From: Candidatus Moraniibacteriota bacterium
GTDB taxonomy: Bacteria; Patescibacteriota; Minisyncoccia; Moranbacterales; UBA1568
DNA: 48,492 nt
Direction of reading: 5' to 3'
Assembly (NCBI GenBank): GCA_903893925.1
Contig: CAITOC010000047.1
Span: 1 to 48,492, forward strand
The notes below the pieces were generated by a model. The model saw nothing but the letters and a program-made list of their open reading frames with translations, was not told the DNA's origin and did no database searches. The translations under genes and the position numbers were made by a program. Shown here piece by piece: positions 1 through 9,300 of this stretch. How positions within the stretch are numbered: position 1 is the first letter of the stretch; each line of letters starts with the position of its first letter.

Positions 1-88
1 ATCGCTACTAGAGGAGTACTAGAGGAGTTCGACTCCCTATAGGGAGTCGAACTCCTGAACGTAACAGTGATGTAGTTCATTTGGTATA
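1..88 (-). repeat. Copy A of ~105-bp MITE/REPIN-like intergenic element (truncated by window edge)
   Basis: Perfect 34-bp palindrome aggagttcgactccctatagggagtcgaactcct at 23-56. The reverse complement of 57-88 (tataccaaatgaactacatcactgttacgttc) nearly matches 25871-25902. An 11-bp tandem duplication actagaggagt occupies 7-28. Confidence 0.85.
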
Positions 89-105
89 AGAAATTACTTC
101 CCTTC

Positions 106-206
106 GCCTTTGCGAGTCCGCAAACTGGCGGAGAAGCGGTCCAGGACTCTGGATTGCCACCCCGGCATACGCGGGGCAGGCTACCCGAGGACAGGCTCGC
201 AAAGAC
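106..206. repeat. Palindromic intergenic repeat (gtcattgcgag...gtggcaatc...ctcgcaatgac-like type) with nested hairpins
   Basis: Inverted ends gcctttgcgag (106) and ctcgcaaagac (196-206), internal gattgccac, and internal hairpins ccccggcatacgcgggg and tccgcaaactggcgga. Confidence 0.55.
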
Positions 207-378
207 AGACTATTTGATATGGTTTCAGTTGCTAACGTGACTGAGTATATATCGTAGTAAGGGAATGTAAACCGAGAAGACATGAATGTGGGGTCCTCAT
301 ATTTTCGCAGGATGAACCTCTTCGCTCCTGGCACGCCGTTCACTACCATGTAATAGTATATGGTAGTGTGGCTGTCCG

Positions 379-405
379 AAAAAAATACTCCCCGAAAGGG
401 GCGTA
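379..405 (-). terminator. Intrinsic terminator downstream of the GT2 gene
   Basis: Minus strand reads tacgcccc-tttc-ggggagta-ttttttt, about 55 bp after the stop at 460. Confidence 0.6.
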
Positions 406-459
406 CGATGGCGCATGTCGGGTTATGTTCCGAGTATTCGGCGGTTATTTCGACGGCGG

Positions 460-1227
460 TTATTTTTTCGTGCGAATGCGTTTCTTGTCGTATCTGCCGG
501 CCAGATTGTTCCAGCGGATGCGGATAAGCGCGAACAGCATATTGATGGAATCGTGTACCACTCGCACGTTCGTATTGCGCGTGTCCTTGCGGATGAGTAC
601 CGGCAAGATGGCGACCCGATATTGACGTTTGCGGGCGATGAAGAGGAGTTCGGCGTCGAAGGCGAATCGACGGATCGTGATCTTTCCGAAGAGGTCCTTG
701 GCGACGGTGCGGTTGAAGAGTTTGAACCCGCATTGCGTATCCGAGAACTCGAATCCGCCGAGGATGAGGATTTGCAGGAGGTGAAATCCTCGGGCCGTGA
801 GGACTCGGTACCATGGTGACGGTTCCTCGAGTCGGGCGCCCGGAGCCAGGCGTGATGCGATGACGATATCGGATTCGGATTGGTTGAGGACGGACATGAA
901 CTCGTCGAGCTCGTCGATCGGGATGGTGAGGTCCGCGTCGATGAAGAGGATCGGATTGTCTTTGGCTGCCAAGACACCCGCTTTGACCGCGGCGCCTTTG
1001 CCGCGGTTCACCGCGAAACGAATGTGGGTGAGTGACACTTCCGGATGGTCCTTGATGAATTGTTCGACGATGTCCGGCGTGCCGTCCGGACTGCCATCGG
1101 TCACGACGATAATCTCGTACCGTTCGAAGCGCTCGAGCAAATAGCGATGAACCGTCATGATGTTCGCCGCGATAACCTCAGACTCCTTGTAGCAGGGGAT
1201 GACGACGGATATTTCCTGATATTTCAT
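460..1227 (-). CDS. GT2 polyprenyl/dolichyl-phosphate beta-glucosyltransferase (Alg5/DPG-synthase-like)
   Basis: Motifs SVVIPCYKE, DGSPDGT, NRGKGAAVKAG, FIDAD (DxD), DTQCGFKLF and FAFDAELL. Confidence 0.88.
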   Translation of the reverse strand: MKYQEISVVIPCYKESEVIAANIMTVHRYLLERFERYEIIVVTDGSPDGTPDIVEQFIKDHPEVSLTHIRFAVNRGKGAAVKAGVLAAKDNPILFIDADLTIPIDELDEFMSVLNQSESDIVIASRLAPGARLEEPSPWYRVLTARGFHLLQILILGGFEFSDTQCGFKLFNRTVAKDLFGKITIRRFAFDAELLFIARKRQYRVAILPVLIRKDTRNTNVRVVHDSINMLFALIRIRWNNLAGRYDKKRIRTKK

Positions 1228-1301
1228 ATCACAAGTCTTCCGGCCGGACCGGGTGATTTATTGATGATAGTATAGCAAAAAAACGGGATTCGCGAAACGG
1301 C

Positions 1302-1396
1302 ATAAAATGAGCTTATGTATTCAGGGGTTCGGCCCCGTGAATGCCGGGCGAGCTCCTCTGGTAGTGATATACAACACATCAAGTTATTTCAATATA
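1302..1396 (+). repeat. Copy B (degenerate left arm) of the ~105-bp element
   Basis: ttcaggggttcggccccgtgaatgccgggcgagctcctctggtagtgatatacaacacatcaagttatttcaatata aligns with 32953-33032. Confidence 0.75.
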
Positions 1397-1446
1397 AGCA
1401 TCTATTCTAGGTGAAAAAAAGCCATTTCAAGGCGGAAAAACGTATA

Positions 1447-1746
1447 AAAAGAGCCGCCAGTGAGTGGAGAAGAAAGAGATGTTCATGATTGTCATGAAGG
1501 TTCGGAAGTGTACCGAACATCTTTTTCTACACTGTATGGCGGCTAGTTTTGGGAGGGAGGCGGTACCGGATTTCGGATAAGACGATTTCGAGGCGATGAA
1601 GCTGTCAATATCATCAACGGCATTCATACGGCAGATTATTCTCGCGGTAGGAAGCCGGGTCTTGTGACCTTCCAAAATCCAGAGAGTCTATTCTCAAGTT
1701 ATCAAATAACGGTCGGGATAGTACACATGCGATCATCCTCCCTCAT
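1447..1746 (-). ncRNA. Candidate structured ncRNA: ~190-nt closed domain followed by ~100-nt stem-loop and U-tract; family not identified
   Basis: Starts just downstream of a near-consensus promoter. 1737-1744 is complementary to 1553-1560 and 1452-1459 to 1537-1544, with nested helices. No convincing ORF. Confidence 0.4.
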
Positions 1747-1752
1747 GCCTCA

Positions 1753-1781
1753 AACATAGCTTAAAACAATGAGGCTGTCAA
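1753..1781 (-). promoter_or_regulatory. Sigma70-type promoter
   Basis: Minus strand TTGACA-17 bp-TATGTT. Confidence 0.6.
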
Positions 1782-1865
1782 GCATGACTACTCCTGGCCC
1801 GTGGATGGTGAAGATAGGGCTCGAATCTCCTGTTCGGACCCGACTGAGAACGGTCTGTTTCTGGT

Positions 1866-1894
1866 TTGCCGGAACGGGAAAAACGTTCTAAAAT
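1866..1894 (+). promoter_or_regulatory. Probable sigma70-type promoter of the GT2-ugd-GT4 operon
   Basis: TTGCCG-17 bp-TAAAAT, ~70 bp upstream of the ATG at 1966. Confidence 0.45.
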
Positions 1895-1965
1895 AGGAAA
1901 AGAAAGACCTGTCGGTCCGAGAGGACCGTAACGGGTCGCATAGCTTATTCGTGAGTATTTCGAAT

Positions 1966-2904
1966 ATGGAAGACCAGAAGATCTCCTTGTCGGTCGTGGT
2001 GCCTCTCTATAACGAGGAAGGGAACGTGAAGGAACTGCATGAACGGATCGTGAAGGCGTGCCGTGAGCTTGGAAAGCCGTTCGAGATCATTTTCGTGGAC
2101 GACGGATCCAAGGACGATACCGTCAAGAATTGCGAGAGCCTTTCGCCGCTGACACTGATCAAATTCCGTAAAAATTTCGGCCAGACGGCTTCCTTCGATG
2201 CCGGGATCAAACAATCGAAAGGAGATGTCATCGTCATGATGGATGGCGATCTGCAGAATGATCCGGCGGACATAGGACTTTTGCTGGAAAAAATGGAAGA
2301 GGGTTTCGACGTGGTCACCGGATGGCGATTCAAGCGCAAGGACAGTCTCGGGAAAAAGATTTTCTCGCGCACGGCCAATCTGTTGCGCAAGGTATTGATC
2401 CAAGACAAGATCCATGACAGCGGTTGTTCGCTCAAGGCTTACAAGCGAAGCTGTTTCGAGGATTTGGATCTTTTCGGCGAGATGCACCGGTTCATCCCGG
2501 CGATACTCGAAATGCAGGGATACAGCGTCGGTGAGGTCAAGGTGAGTCATCATCCTCGCGTGTCGGGCGTGACGAAATACAATTGGAAGCGGGGGATGAA
2601 GGGGTTTGTCGACATGATCTCGATCTGGTTCTGGCGCAAGTATTCCAACCGACCATTGCATCTCTTCGGCGGTACGGGTATCGTTTTCTCCGCCTCCGGT
2701 TTCGTGATCCTCGTCTGGATGGGGATCGAGAAAATCCAAGGCCAGGCGATCGCTGCGAGAAATTGGCCGCTCGTCGGAGTGTTCTTCGTGCTCGTCGGCA
2801 TACAGCTGTTCGTGTTCGGGCTCCTGGCCGATATCATGCTGAAGAACTATTACAAGGTTCAGGGGAAGATGAATTACAGCATCAAGGAAATCATCAATTC
2901 ATAG
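1966..2904 (+). CDS. GT2 undecaprenyl-phosphate glycosyltransferase (ArnC/GtrB/DPM1-like)
   Basis: SVVVPLYNEE, VDDGSKD, NFGQTA, MDGDLQNDP, HDSGCSLKAY, GEMHRFIP and two C-terminal TM helices. Confidence 0.92.
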   Translation: MEDQKISLSVVVPLYNEEGNVKELHERIVKACRELGKPFEIIFVDDGSKDDTVKNCESLSPLTLIKFRKNFGQTASFDAGIKQSKGDVIVMMDGDLQNDPADIGLLLEKMEEGFDVVTGWRFKRKDSLGKKIFSRTANLLRKVLIQDKIHDSGCSLKAYKRSCFEDLDLFGEMHRFIPAILEMQGYSVGEVKVSHHPRVSGVTKYNWKRGMKGFVDMISIWFWRKYSNRPLHLFGGTGIVFSASGFVILVWMGIEKIQGQAIAARNWPLVGVFFVLVGIQLFVFGLLADIMLKNYYKVQGKMNYSIKEIINS

Positions 2905-2915
2905 ACTACGGGCAT

Positions 2916-4241
2916 ATGAGAATAGCGGTAATCGGGACGGGATATGTGGGTTCGGTCACGGGCGCATGCTTCGCGGAAATGGGCAATACGGTCGTCTGTG
3001 TCGACAAGGACCGGAATAAGATCGCGCAGTTCGAGTCCGGAAAAGCGCCTTTGCATGAAAAAGGTCTGGACGAACTCGTACTTCGGAACCTGAAGAATGA
3101 GACGCTTTCGTTCACGACGGATTTCGAGGATGCCGTCAAAAAAAGCGACATCATCTTCATCGCGGTGGGAACCCCGCCCAACGAGGACGGGAGTGCCGAT
3201 CTCTCCCATGTGCTGGGAGTGGCGATCGACCTCGGGCGATGTATGGATCACGAGATTATCGTCGTCGACAAATCGACGGTACCGGTCGGCACCGCTCAGT
3301 CGGTGTCGGAGAAAATTGCCGAACAGTTGCAGACGCGCGGTGTCGAGATCCCATTCCAGGTGGTGAGCAATCCGGAATTTTTGGCACAGGGGACGGCCGT
3401 GAAGGATTTCCTCGAGCCGAGCCGGATAGTCGTCGGTTCCGACGATCCAAAGGCAATCGAGACGATGCGGGAACTCTATGCGCCGTTCACGCGTCGGGAG
3501 GGCCGATTCTTCGCGATGGACGCCAAGACCGCTGAGATCGTGAAATATGCCTCGAATTGTTTTCTCGCAGTCAAGATCTCGGCATCGAACGAGTTGGCTA
3601 ATATCTGTTCGAAGGCGGGTGCGGATTATGAGAATGTCCGGAAGGCAATGGGAGCGGATCCGCGCATCGGTGAAGCGTTCTTGTATGCGAGCGCCGGCTT
3701 CGGCGGTTCGTGTTTTCCGAAGGATGTGAAAGCGCTCGTGAAGACGGCCGGCGATTTCGGATACGATGCCAGAATGCTCAGGCAGACGCTCGATACCAAT
3801 GAGAAGCAGAAGCTCGTCTTGGCACAGATGGTGACGGACCGATTCGGAGAGGATTTGAAGGGTAAGACATTCGGTGTGTGGGGGCTGGCATTCAAGGCCG
3901 GTACGGACGATATGCGTGAATCGCCTGCGATTACGCTCGTCAATACGCTTGTCGGGTTGGGAGCGACTATCCGGGCACATGATCCGGAGGCTATGAAGAT
4001 GGCACGGACGCCGGAATATTTCGGGGAAAATCCGTCCATCTCGTACTTCGAGGACAAGTACGAGGCGCTTGACGGGGCGGATGCGATGCTCGTTATCACC
4101 GAATGGAAGGAATTCCGTACGCCGGACTTCGATCGTATCAGGAAGTCATTGAGGGAACCCATCATATTCGATGGTCGTCTGCTCTATGAGCCAAAAAAAT
4201 TGAAGGAACTCGGTTTCGAGTACCATTCCATTGGAAGATAG
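2916..4241 (+). CDS. ugd: UDP-glucose 6-dehydrogenase
   Basis: GTGYVG Rossmann motif, IAVGTP, KSTVPVGT, SNPEFL, GFGGSCFPKD (catalytic Cys) and GLAFK..TDDMRESP. Start set at MRIAVIG. Confidence 0.95.
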   Translation: MRIAVIGTGYVGSVTGACFAEMGNTVVCVDKDRNKIAQFESGKAPLHEKGLDELVLRNLKNETLSFTTDFEDAVKKSDIIFIAVGTPPNEDGSADLSHVLGVAIDLGRCMDHEIIVVDKSTVPVGTAQSVSEKIAEQLQTRGVEIPFQVVSNPEFLAQGTAVKDFLEPSRIVVGSDDPKAIETMRELYAPFTRREGRFFAMDAKTAEIVKYASNCFLAVKISASNELANICSKAGADYENVRKAMGADPRIGEAFLYASAGFGGSCFPKDVKALVKTAGDFGYDARMLRQTLDTNEKQKLVLAQMVTDRFGEDLKGKTFGVWGLAFKAGTDDMRESPAITLVNTLVGLGATIRAHDPEAMKMARTPEYFGENPSISYFEDKYEALDGADAMLVITEWKEFRTPDFDRIRKSLREPIIFDGRLLYEPKKLKELGFEYHSIGR

Positions 4242-4242
4242 T

Positions 4243-5388
4243 ATGAAAATACTGTTTCTCAACTATGAGTATCCTCCGCTCGGAGGCGGGGCGGGGAATG
4301 CGACCGCGTATCTTTTGCGTGAATATGCGAAGGTGCCCGGTCTTGAAGTGCATCTCGTCACGTCGGCCGTCGGCACCGAATATGTCCGAGAGACGGTCGG
4401 CGATCGGATCGTCATTCATCGTTTGCCAATCGGCAAGGATCCCAATCGCCTGTCCTATCAGTCTAGGAACAATCTCTTGGCATATTCGTGGAAGGCGTAT
4501 TTTTTCTCGGAGAACCTGATCGGGAAGGAAGGGGGATTTGACCTTATTCATGCGTTCTTTACCGTTCCATGTGGATTTCTGGCATTGATACTTGGCTTAC
4601 AATACCGTCTGCCGTATATCATCTCCCTGCGCGGGGCGGACGTCCCTGGATACAGCGAACGCTTCAGGGCGCTCTATGGGTTCCTTCGCCCGCTCGTCCG
4701 GGTCATCTGGCGTCATGCGGTCCGGGTCATCTCGAACAGTGCGGGACTGCGAGACTTGGCAAGGAAAACCGATTCCGGTCTGGAAATACCGATCATCCCA
4801 AATGGCGTCTCCATGGACGAATTCTCGCTCACGAACCGACAGACGTCTGACGGCGTGGTCCGTGTCCTTACCGTATCGCGACTCACCCCTCGCAAAGGGA
4901 TACGTTTCTTGATCCGTGCGATGGTAGGGCTTCCGAAGCATATCAGGCTCATAATCGTCGGAGAAGGGGATGAACGCCACACGCTCGAATCAATTGCTGA
5001 TTCGGCTGGCGTCTCGGACCGTGTCGAATTTCGAGGGCTCATTCCGCATGAGGAACTGCCGGCCATTTATCGCGAGGCTGACATCTTCTGCCTGCCATCA
5101 CTCAACGAAGGGATGAGCAATACCATGCTCGAAGCGATCGCTTCGGGACTCCCTATCGTCGCGACGATCACCGGTGGTACGGAGGAGCTCGTGACGAACG
5201 GACGGAACGGATACTTCGTACAGACATCGTCCTCTGACGACCTGGCGGACAAACTCGGGATACTTGCGGCCGACCCGGTTCTTCGCGCCCGTATGGGTGA
5301 AGTAAGTCGTGCCAAGGCCGAATCGATGAGCTGGCACGCCGTCGCCTCGGACTATGTGGACGAGTATCACCGATCCATCTCGCGCTGA
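4243..5388 (+). CDS. GT4 family glycosyltransferase
   Basis: EYPPLGGG, IPNGV, RKGI and PSLNEGMSNTMLEA (EX7E). Confidence 0.93.
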   Translation: MKILFLNYEYPPLGGGAGNATAYLLREYAKVPGLEVHLVTSAVGTEYVRETVGDRIVIHRLPIGKDPNRLSYQSRNNLLAYSWKAYFFSENLIGKEGGFDLIHAFFTVPCGFLALILGLQYRLPYIISLRGADVPGYSERFRALYGFLRPLVRVIWRHAVRVISNSAGLRDLARKTDSGLEIPIIPNGVSMDEFSLTNRQTSDGVVRVLTVSRLTPRKGIRFLIRAMVGLPKHIRLIIVGEGDERHTLESIADSAGVSDRVEFRGLIPHEELPAIYREADIFCLPSLNEGMSNTMLEAIASGLPIVATITGGTEELVTNGRNGYFVQTSSSDDLADKLGILAADPVLRARMGEVSRAKAESMSWHAVASDYVDEYHRSISR

Positions 5389-5420
5389 GAGTTTGTTTAT
5401 TTACACGGAGAAATCATGTT

Positions 5421-6374
5421 ATGACAGAGAAACGCCTCAAGAGGCAAATACTATTCGCTTTCAAGGCGATTATGGCGGTCGTGCTGATCGTTTTGTTGAT
5501 CCGCGAAGTGGACTGGCTGAAGATCTGGAGCGAGGTATCGCAGGCGTCGATCCCCCTGCTTTTTGTAGCACTCCTGCTCTATATCATCGGGATTTTCATG
5601 TGTATCGAGCGGTGGTGGCGGGCTGCTCAGTTCAAGAAGTTCGCCATGACGTTCCGGAATGCGATGGAGTTCTATTTCGCAGGGCTCTTTCTGAACAATT
5701 TCCTCCCGTCGTTTCTCGGTGGGGATGCGTACCAGAGTTATATCCTCGGGAAGTCTGAGAAGCGCTATCCGGCAGCGATCTCGACGGTCATGTTCACGCG
5801 ATTCATCGGGTTGTGGACGACGATCGTCTTGTTCCTCATTTTCGGTCTCCTTGGCTATTCCGAGGTCTTCGCCCAACCGCTCTTCGCCTGGTTCGGCATC
5901 CTGTCGATTCTTTTCATGGTCGCAAACGTCGCGATCACGCTCGTCTACTCACATCCGAAGTGTCAGAGTCTCTTCGACCGGTTCCCTGGCAAGATACGAA
6001 AATTTTTTAAGGAGATCGACCGGTATGCGAAATGGCATTTCCTGCGGGATAACTTCGTATTGTCGGCGGCATTCGCGATTGTCGGAGTAGGACTGTTCAA
6101 CCTCGTGCTTTTCTACGCGCTCGGCGAGCATGTGCCGATCTTCCCGTACCTCGCGACCGTGTTCTTGATCAGTCTCGTGTCGAGCCTGCCGGTATCGATC
6201 AACAATATCGGATTCAAGGAATGGGCGTACTATGCCTTCTTCCCGCTTATCGGGATCCGGCCGGAGGCGGCGCTCGCCGTAGCACTGCTGGTACGGTTCA
6301 TCCAGGTATTGGTCAGTATCGCAGGTGCGCCGTTCTTCTTCAAGGAGAAGAAGACGTATGGGACGGAAGGATGA
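5421..6374 (+). CDS. UPF0104 / lysylphosphatidylglycerol-synthase-TM family flippase-like membrane protein
   Basis: About 8 TM segments with RW, FLNNFLPSFLGGD and PVSINNIGFKE motifs. Confidence 0.85.
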   Translation: MTEKRLKRQILFAFKAIMAVVLIVLLIREVDWLKIWSEVSQASIPLLFVALLLYIIGIFMCIERWWRAAQFKKFAMTFRNAMEFYFAGLFLNNFLPSFLGGDAYQSYILGKSEKRYPAAISTVMFTRFIGLWTTIVLFLIFGLLGYSEVFAQPLFAWFGILSILFMVANVAITLVYSHPKCQSLFDRFPGKIRKFFKEIDRYAKWHFLRDNFVLSAAFAIVGVGLFNLVLFYALGEHVPIFPYLATVFLISLVSSLPVSINNIGFKEWAYYAFFPLIGIRPEAALAVALLVRFIQVLVSIAGAPFFFKEKKTYGTEG

Positions 6375-6423
6375 TGAGCTCTTGACTTCTCTGCTCCCCG
6401 TTATCTGTTAATTGTTATCTGCT

Positions 6424-8325
6424 ATGTGCGGAATTACCGGAAAACTCTCTTTCATCGACAAACCGGTCTCCCGAAGCGAGATCGAGGCTATGAACGGCGC
6501 CATCGTTCATCGCGGACCCGATGATGGCGGGACCTACGTGTCTCCCGACGGCAAAGTCGGACTCGGACACCGACGACTTTCGATCATCGATCTGTCGCCA
6601 CTCGGTCATCAGCCGATGCGGTATCTGGACCGCTATGAGATCGTTTTCAATGGCGAGATCTACAATTTTCAGGAAAAGCGGGAGATGCTCGAGAAGGATG
6701 GCTATACCTTCGCTTCACATTCCGATACCGAGGTGATACTGGCTCTCTACGACAAGTACGGCAAGGACTGCCTGCAACACCTGCGTGGTATGTTCGCGTT
6801 CGCGATTTATGACAAACGGGAACAGACGCTTTTCTGTGCACGTGATCGGGTGGGCAAGAAACCGTTCAAGTACTATGTCGATGACAACGTGTTCCTGTTC
6901 GCGTCGGAGCTCAAGGCGATTTTGACACAGTCGGAGTATCATCGTGAGCCGGACTCTCTGGCGCTTCATCACTATTTGACGCTGCGATACGTCCCGGCGC
7001 CTCTGACCGGTTTTGTCGGGATAAAAAAGCTCGAACCCGCACACTTCCTCCTCGTCGATTTGAAAACCGGGAAGATCGAGAAAGAACGATATTGGAAACT
7101 CGATTATTCTGAAAAACTTGATTTGTCGGAAGGGGAGTGGAAGCAAAAAATCATGGAGAAGCTCGAGGAAGCGGTAAAAATCCGCATGGTGTCGGACGTG
7201 CCGATCGGCGCGTTTCTTTCGGGCGGTATCGATTCGAGTGCGGTGGTCGGACTGATGAGCCGGCACAGCACGGCTCCGGTCAAGACTTTTTCCATCGGAT
7301 TCAACGAAGAGAAATACAATGAGCTTCCGTATGCCAAGACCGTATCAGAACTCTTCAAGACGGAACATACGGAATTCATTGTCGAGCCCAAAGCGATGGA
7401 AGTCATGCCTCTTTTGGTCAGGCATTTCGAGGAACCGTTCGCGGACAAGAGCATGATCCCGACCTATTATGTGAGTAAGCTGACGCGTGAACGCGTGACG
7501 GTGGCGCTCTCGGGCGACGGTGGGGACGAAAACTTCGCGGGATACGCCCAACATGGCATATTCCGCTTCTCGCTCATATATGATCGGGTTCGTTTTCTGC
7601 ACACGTTGATCGTCCTGCCGGTCGTCAGGTTTTTGGCGGAGCATATCGAGACGACATTTTTCCTGCGCGCGTACCAGTTCGCCAAGACGATGGCGGAACC
7701 GCCGGCACATCGGTATGCGAACTATATGTGCTACTTCACCGACGAGGAGAAGCGCGATGTCTATACCGACGATTTCCGACGACGATTTGCCGACGTCGAT
7801 TCGCTCGGTATTATCGCCGAGACATTTTCCGACAGTGGTTCGGAGGACCGGTTGGACCAAGCGCTTTTCGCCGACTTCACGACCTATCTGCCGGATGATC
7901 TTATGGTCAAGGCGGATATCACCACGATGGCTGCCTCACTCGAATCGCGAAGTCCGTTCCTCGATCATGAGTTTCTCGAACTGACGGCCAAGATCCCGAG
8001 CCGACTCAAGATTCGAGGCATCAATAATCGGAAGTACATCCTCAAGAAGGCGCTCGAGGGATTTTTGCCCGATGGTATACTCTATCGCAAGAAGATGGGA
8101 TTTGCCTCGCCGATCGATGTCTGGTTCAAGACGGATTTGCGAGACTATGCCCGGGAACTTCTCCTGTCGGAAAAAGCCCTCGCACGGGGGATATTTCGCA
8201 AGGAGGCGATCGAAAAAATGCTCGACGATCATGTCACGACCGATATCAATTACGCTCGCCATATCCTGGCGCTTGTGGTGCTTGAATCGTGGTTCCTTGA
8301 GTTTTTCGATGAGAAAACGGTATGA
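6424..8325 (+). CDS. asnB: Asparagine synthase (glutamine-hydrolysing) family amidotransferase, probably glycan-amidating
   Basis: N-terminal MCGI, HRGPD, GHRRLSIIDL, FNGEIYN, LSGGIDSS and SGDGGDE. Lies within a glycan operon. Confidence 0.95.
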   Translation: MCGITGKLSFIDKPVSRSEIEAMNGAIVHRGPDDGGTYVSPDGKVGLGHRRLSIIDLSPLGHQPMRYLDRYEIVFNGEIYNFQEKREMLEKDGYTFASHSDTEVILALYDKYGKDCLQHLRGMFAFAIYDKREQTLFCARDRVGKKPFKYYVDDNVFLFASELKAILTQSEYHREPDSLALHHYLTLRYVPAPLTGFVGIKKLEPAHFLLVDLKTGKIEKERYWKLDYSEKLDLSEGEWKQKIMEKLEEAVKIRMVSDVPIGAFLSGGIDSSAVVGLMSRHSTAPVKTFSIGFNEEKYNELPYAKTVSELFKTEHTEFIVEPKAMEVMPLLVRHFEEPFADKSMIPTYYVSKLTRERVTVALSGDGGDENFAGYAQHGIFRFSLIYDRVRFLHTLIVLPVVRFLAEHIETTFFLRAYQFAKTMAEPPAHRYANYMCYFTDEEKRDVYTDDFRRRFADVDSLGIIAETFSDSGSEDRLDQALFADFTTYLPDDLMVKADITTMAASLESRSPFLDHEFLELTAKIPSRLKIRGINNRKYILKKALEGFLPDGILYRKKMGFASPIDVWFKTDLRDYARELLLSEKALARGIFRKEAIEKMLDDHVTTDINYARHILALVVLESWFLEFFDEKTV

Positions 8326-9257
8326 TTATCGACCGAAAAAAAATCGTCCTGTTCGTGCTGAAGCTCCTTGTGAGCGGAGGGTTGTTGGCGTGGCTTATCG
8401 TGAAGGTGAACTGGGCCGACGTGTGGTCGCAGTTGGAACGACTTTCGCTCCGGCAGATCTTTCTCTATATCGCGGTGCTGCTTGTCGGCATGACGGTCTC
8501 GTCGTACAAGTGGAGGGCCCTTGCCGGATTCAAGGGATTGCAGGTAACCGTAGCGGACTGTTTCCGACTCTACCTGACCGGTTCATTCCTGAACAACTTC
8601 TTCCCGTCATTTATCGGCGGAGATACCTATCGGGCGTATCAGCTCGGCAAACGGGACGGGCGATATTCGGATGCGGCCGCGAGCGTGGTGATGGACCGGT
8701 TGACCGGACTCATCGGGGCTATGATATTGTCGGTGTTGTTTGCCATGTTGAATTGGCGTGTCATCGTTTCTCATCAGGTGTTGCTTGGTATCGTCTCAAT
8801 GGTCGCGCTGGCACTCGTCGGGATCGCGGCGCTTGGGCCGATCATGACGCTTCCACTGTGGGAGAGACTGACGCGCTTCATTCCGAAAAAAGCGTTGGAA
8901 TTTCTCCTGGCTTTGCATGAGTATTATGCCCACAAGGGGATGTTTTTCCGTGCGCTCGGATTAGCGGTCTTGTTCAGTCTGATCGGACTCGGATTGCAGA
9001 ATGCGGTCATTTTTTGGGCACTCGGCATCCATGTCGGGGTGCTTGATTACCTGTCGGTGATTTTCCTTATCAGTATCGTGTCTTCCGCTCCGGTGAGTAT
9101 CAATAATATCGGCGTGCAGGAATGGGCCTATGTCACGTTCTTCGGCTTTTTCGGTATCGCATCGTCTTCGGTCATCGCGGTCTCGATCGTTATCCGAGTC
9201 TTACAGATGCTGGTAAGTTTCACGGCGCTCCCGATGTATCTGAAGGGGAAGAAGTAG
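8322..9257 (+). CDS. Second UPF0104 flippase-like membrane protein (paralog of 5421-6374)
   Basis: FLNNFFPSFIGGD, DRLTGL and PVSINNIGVQE. ATGA overlap with asnB. Confidence 0.85.
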   Translation: MIIDRKKIVLFVLKLLVSGGLLAWLIVKVNWADVWSQLERLSLRQIFLYIAVLLVGMTVSSYKWRALAGFKGLQVTVADCFRLYLTGSFLNNFFPSFIGGDTYRAYQLGKRDGRYSDAAASVVMDRLTGLIGAMILSVLFAMLNWRVIVSHQVLLGIVSMVALALVGIAALGPIMTLPLWERLTRFIPKKALEFLLALHEYYAHKGMFFRALGLAVLFSLIGLGLQNAVIFWALGIHVGVLDYLSVIFLISIVSSAPVSINNIGVQEWAYVTFFGFFGIASSSVIAVSIVIRVLQMLVSFTALPMYLKGKK

Positions 9258-9300
9258 ACGGAACGAGGAAATCAAGAACGTAGAGGAAAAGAGCTGAAAA

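Noticed and set aside
7-28. 11-bp tandem duplication actagaggagt
   Set aside because: It sits at the sequence edge beside a perfect palindrome and may be an assembly artefact.
23-56. ggagttcgactcc resembles a tRNA T-arm (also at 25904)
   Set aside because: No cloverleaf, anticodon arm or acceptor stem. It is half of a palindromic repeat.
282-369. 23-codon ORF (MNVGSSYFRR...) followed by hairpin cactaccat...atggtagtg
   Set aside because: Too short, with no clear promoter or RBS. It cannot be distinguished from chance.
77-814. 245-aa minus-strand ORF and other long shadow ORFs (e.g. 2874-3980, 44435-45292)
   Set aside because: They overlap well-supported genes or repeats and have no motifs. 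Such ORFs are expected from GC-rich codon bias.
1427-1675. 82-aa ORF
   Set aside because: TTG start, no RBS and no motif. The region is better explained by RNA structure, though coding is not excluded.
2583-2915. 111-aa N-terminal extension of Ugd in the ORF track
   Set aside because: It overlaps the upstream GT2 in another frame. The Rossmann fold starts at the ATG at 2916.
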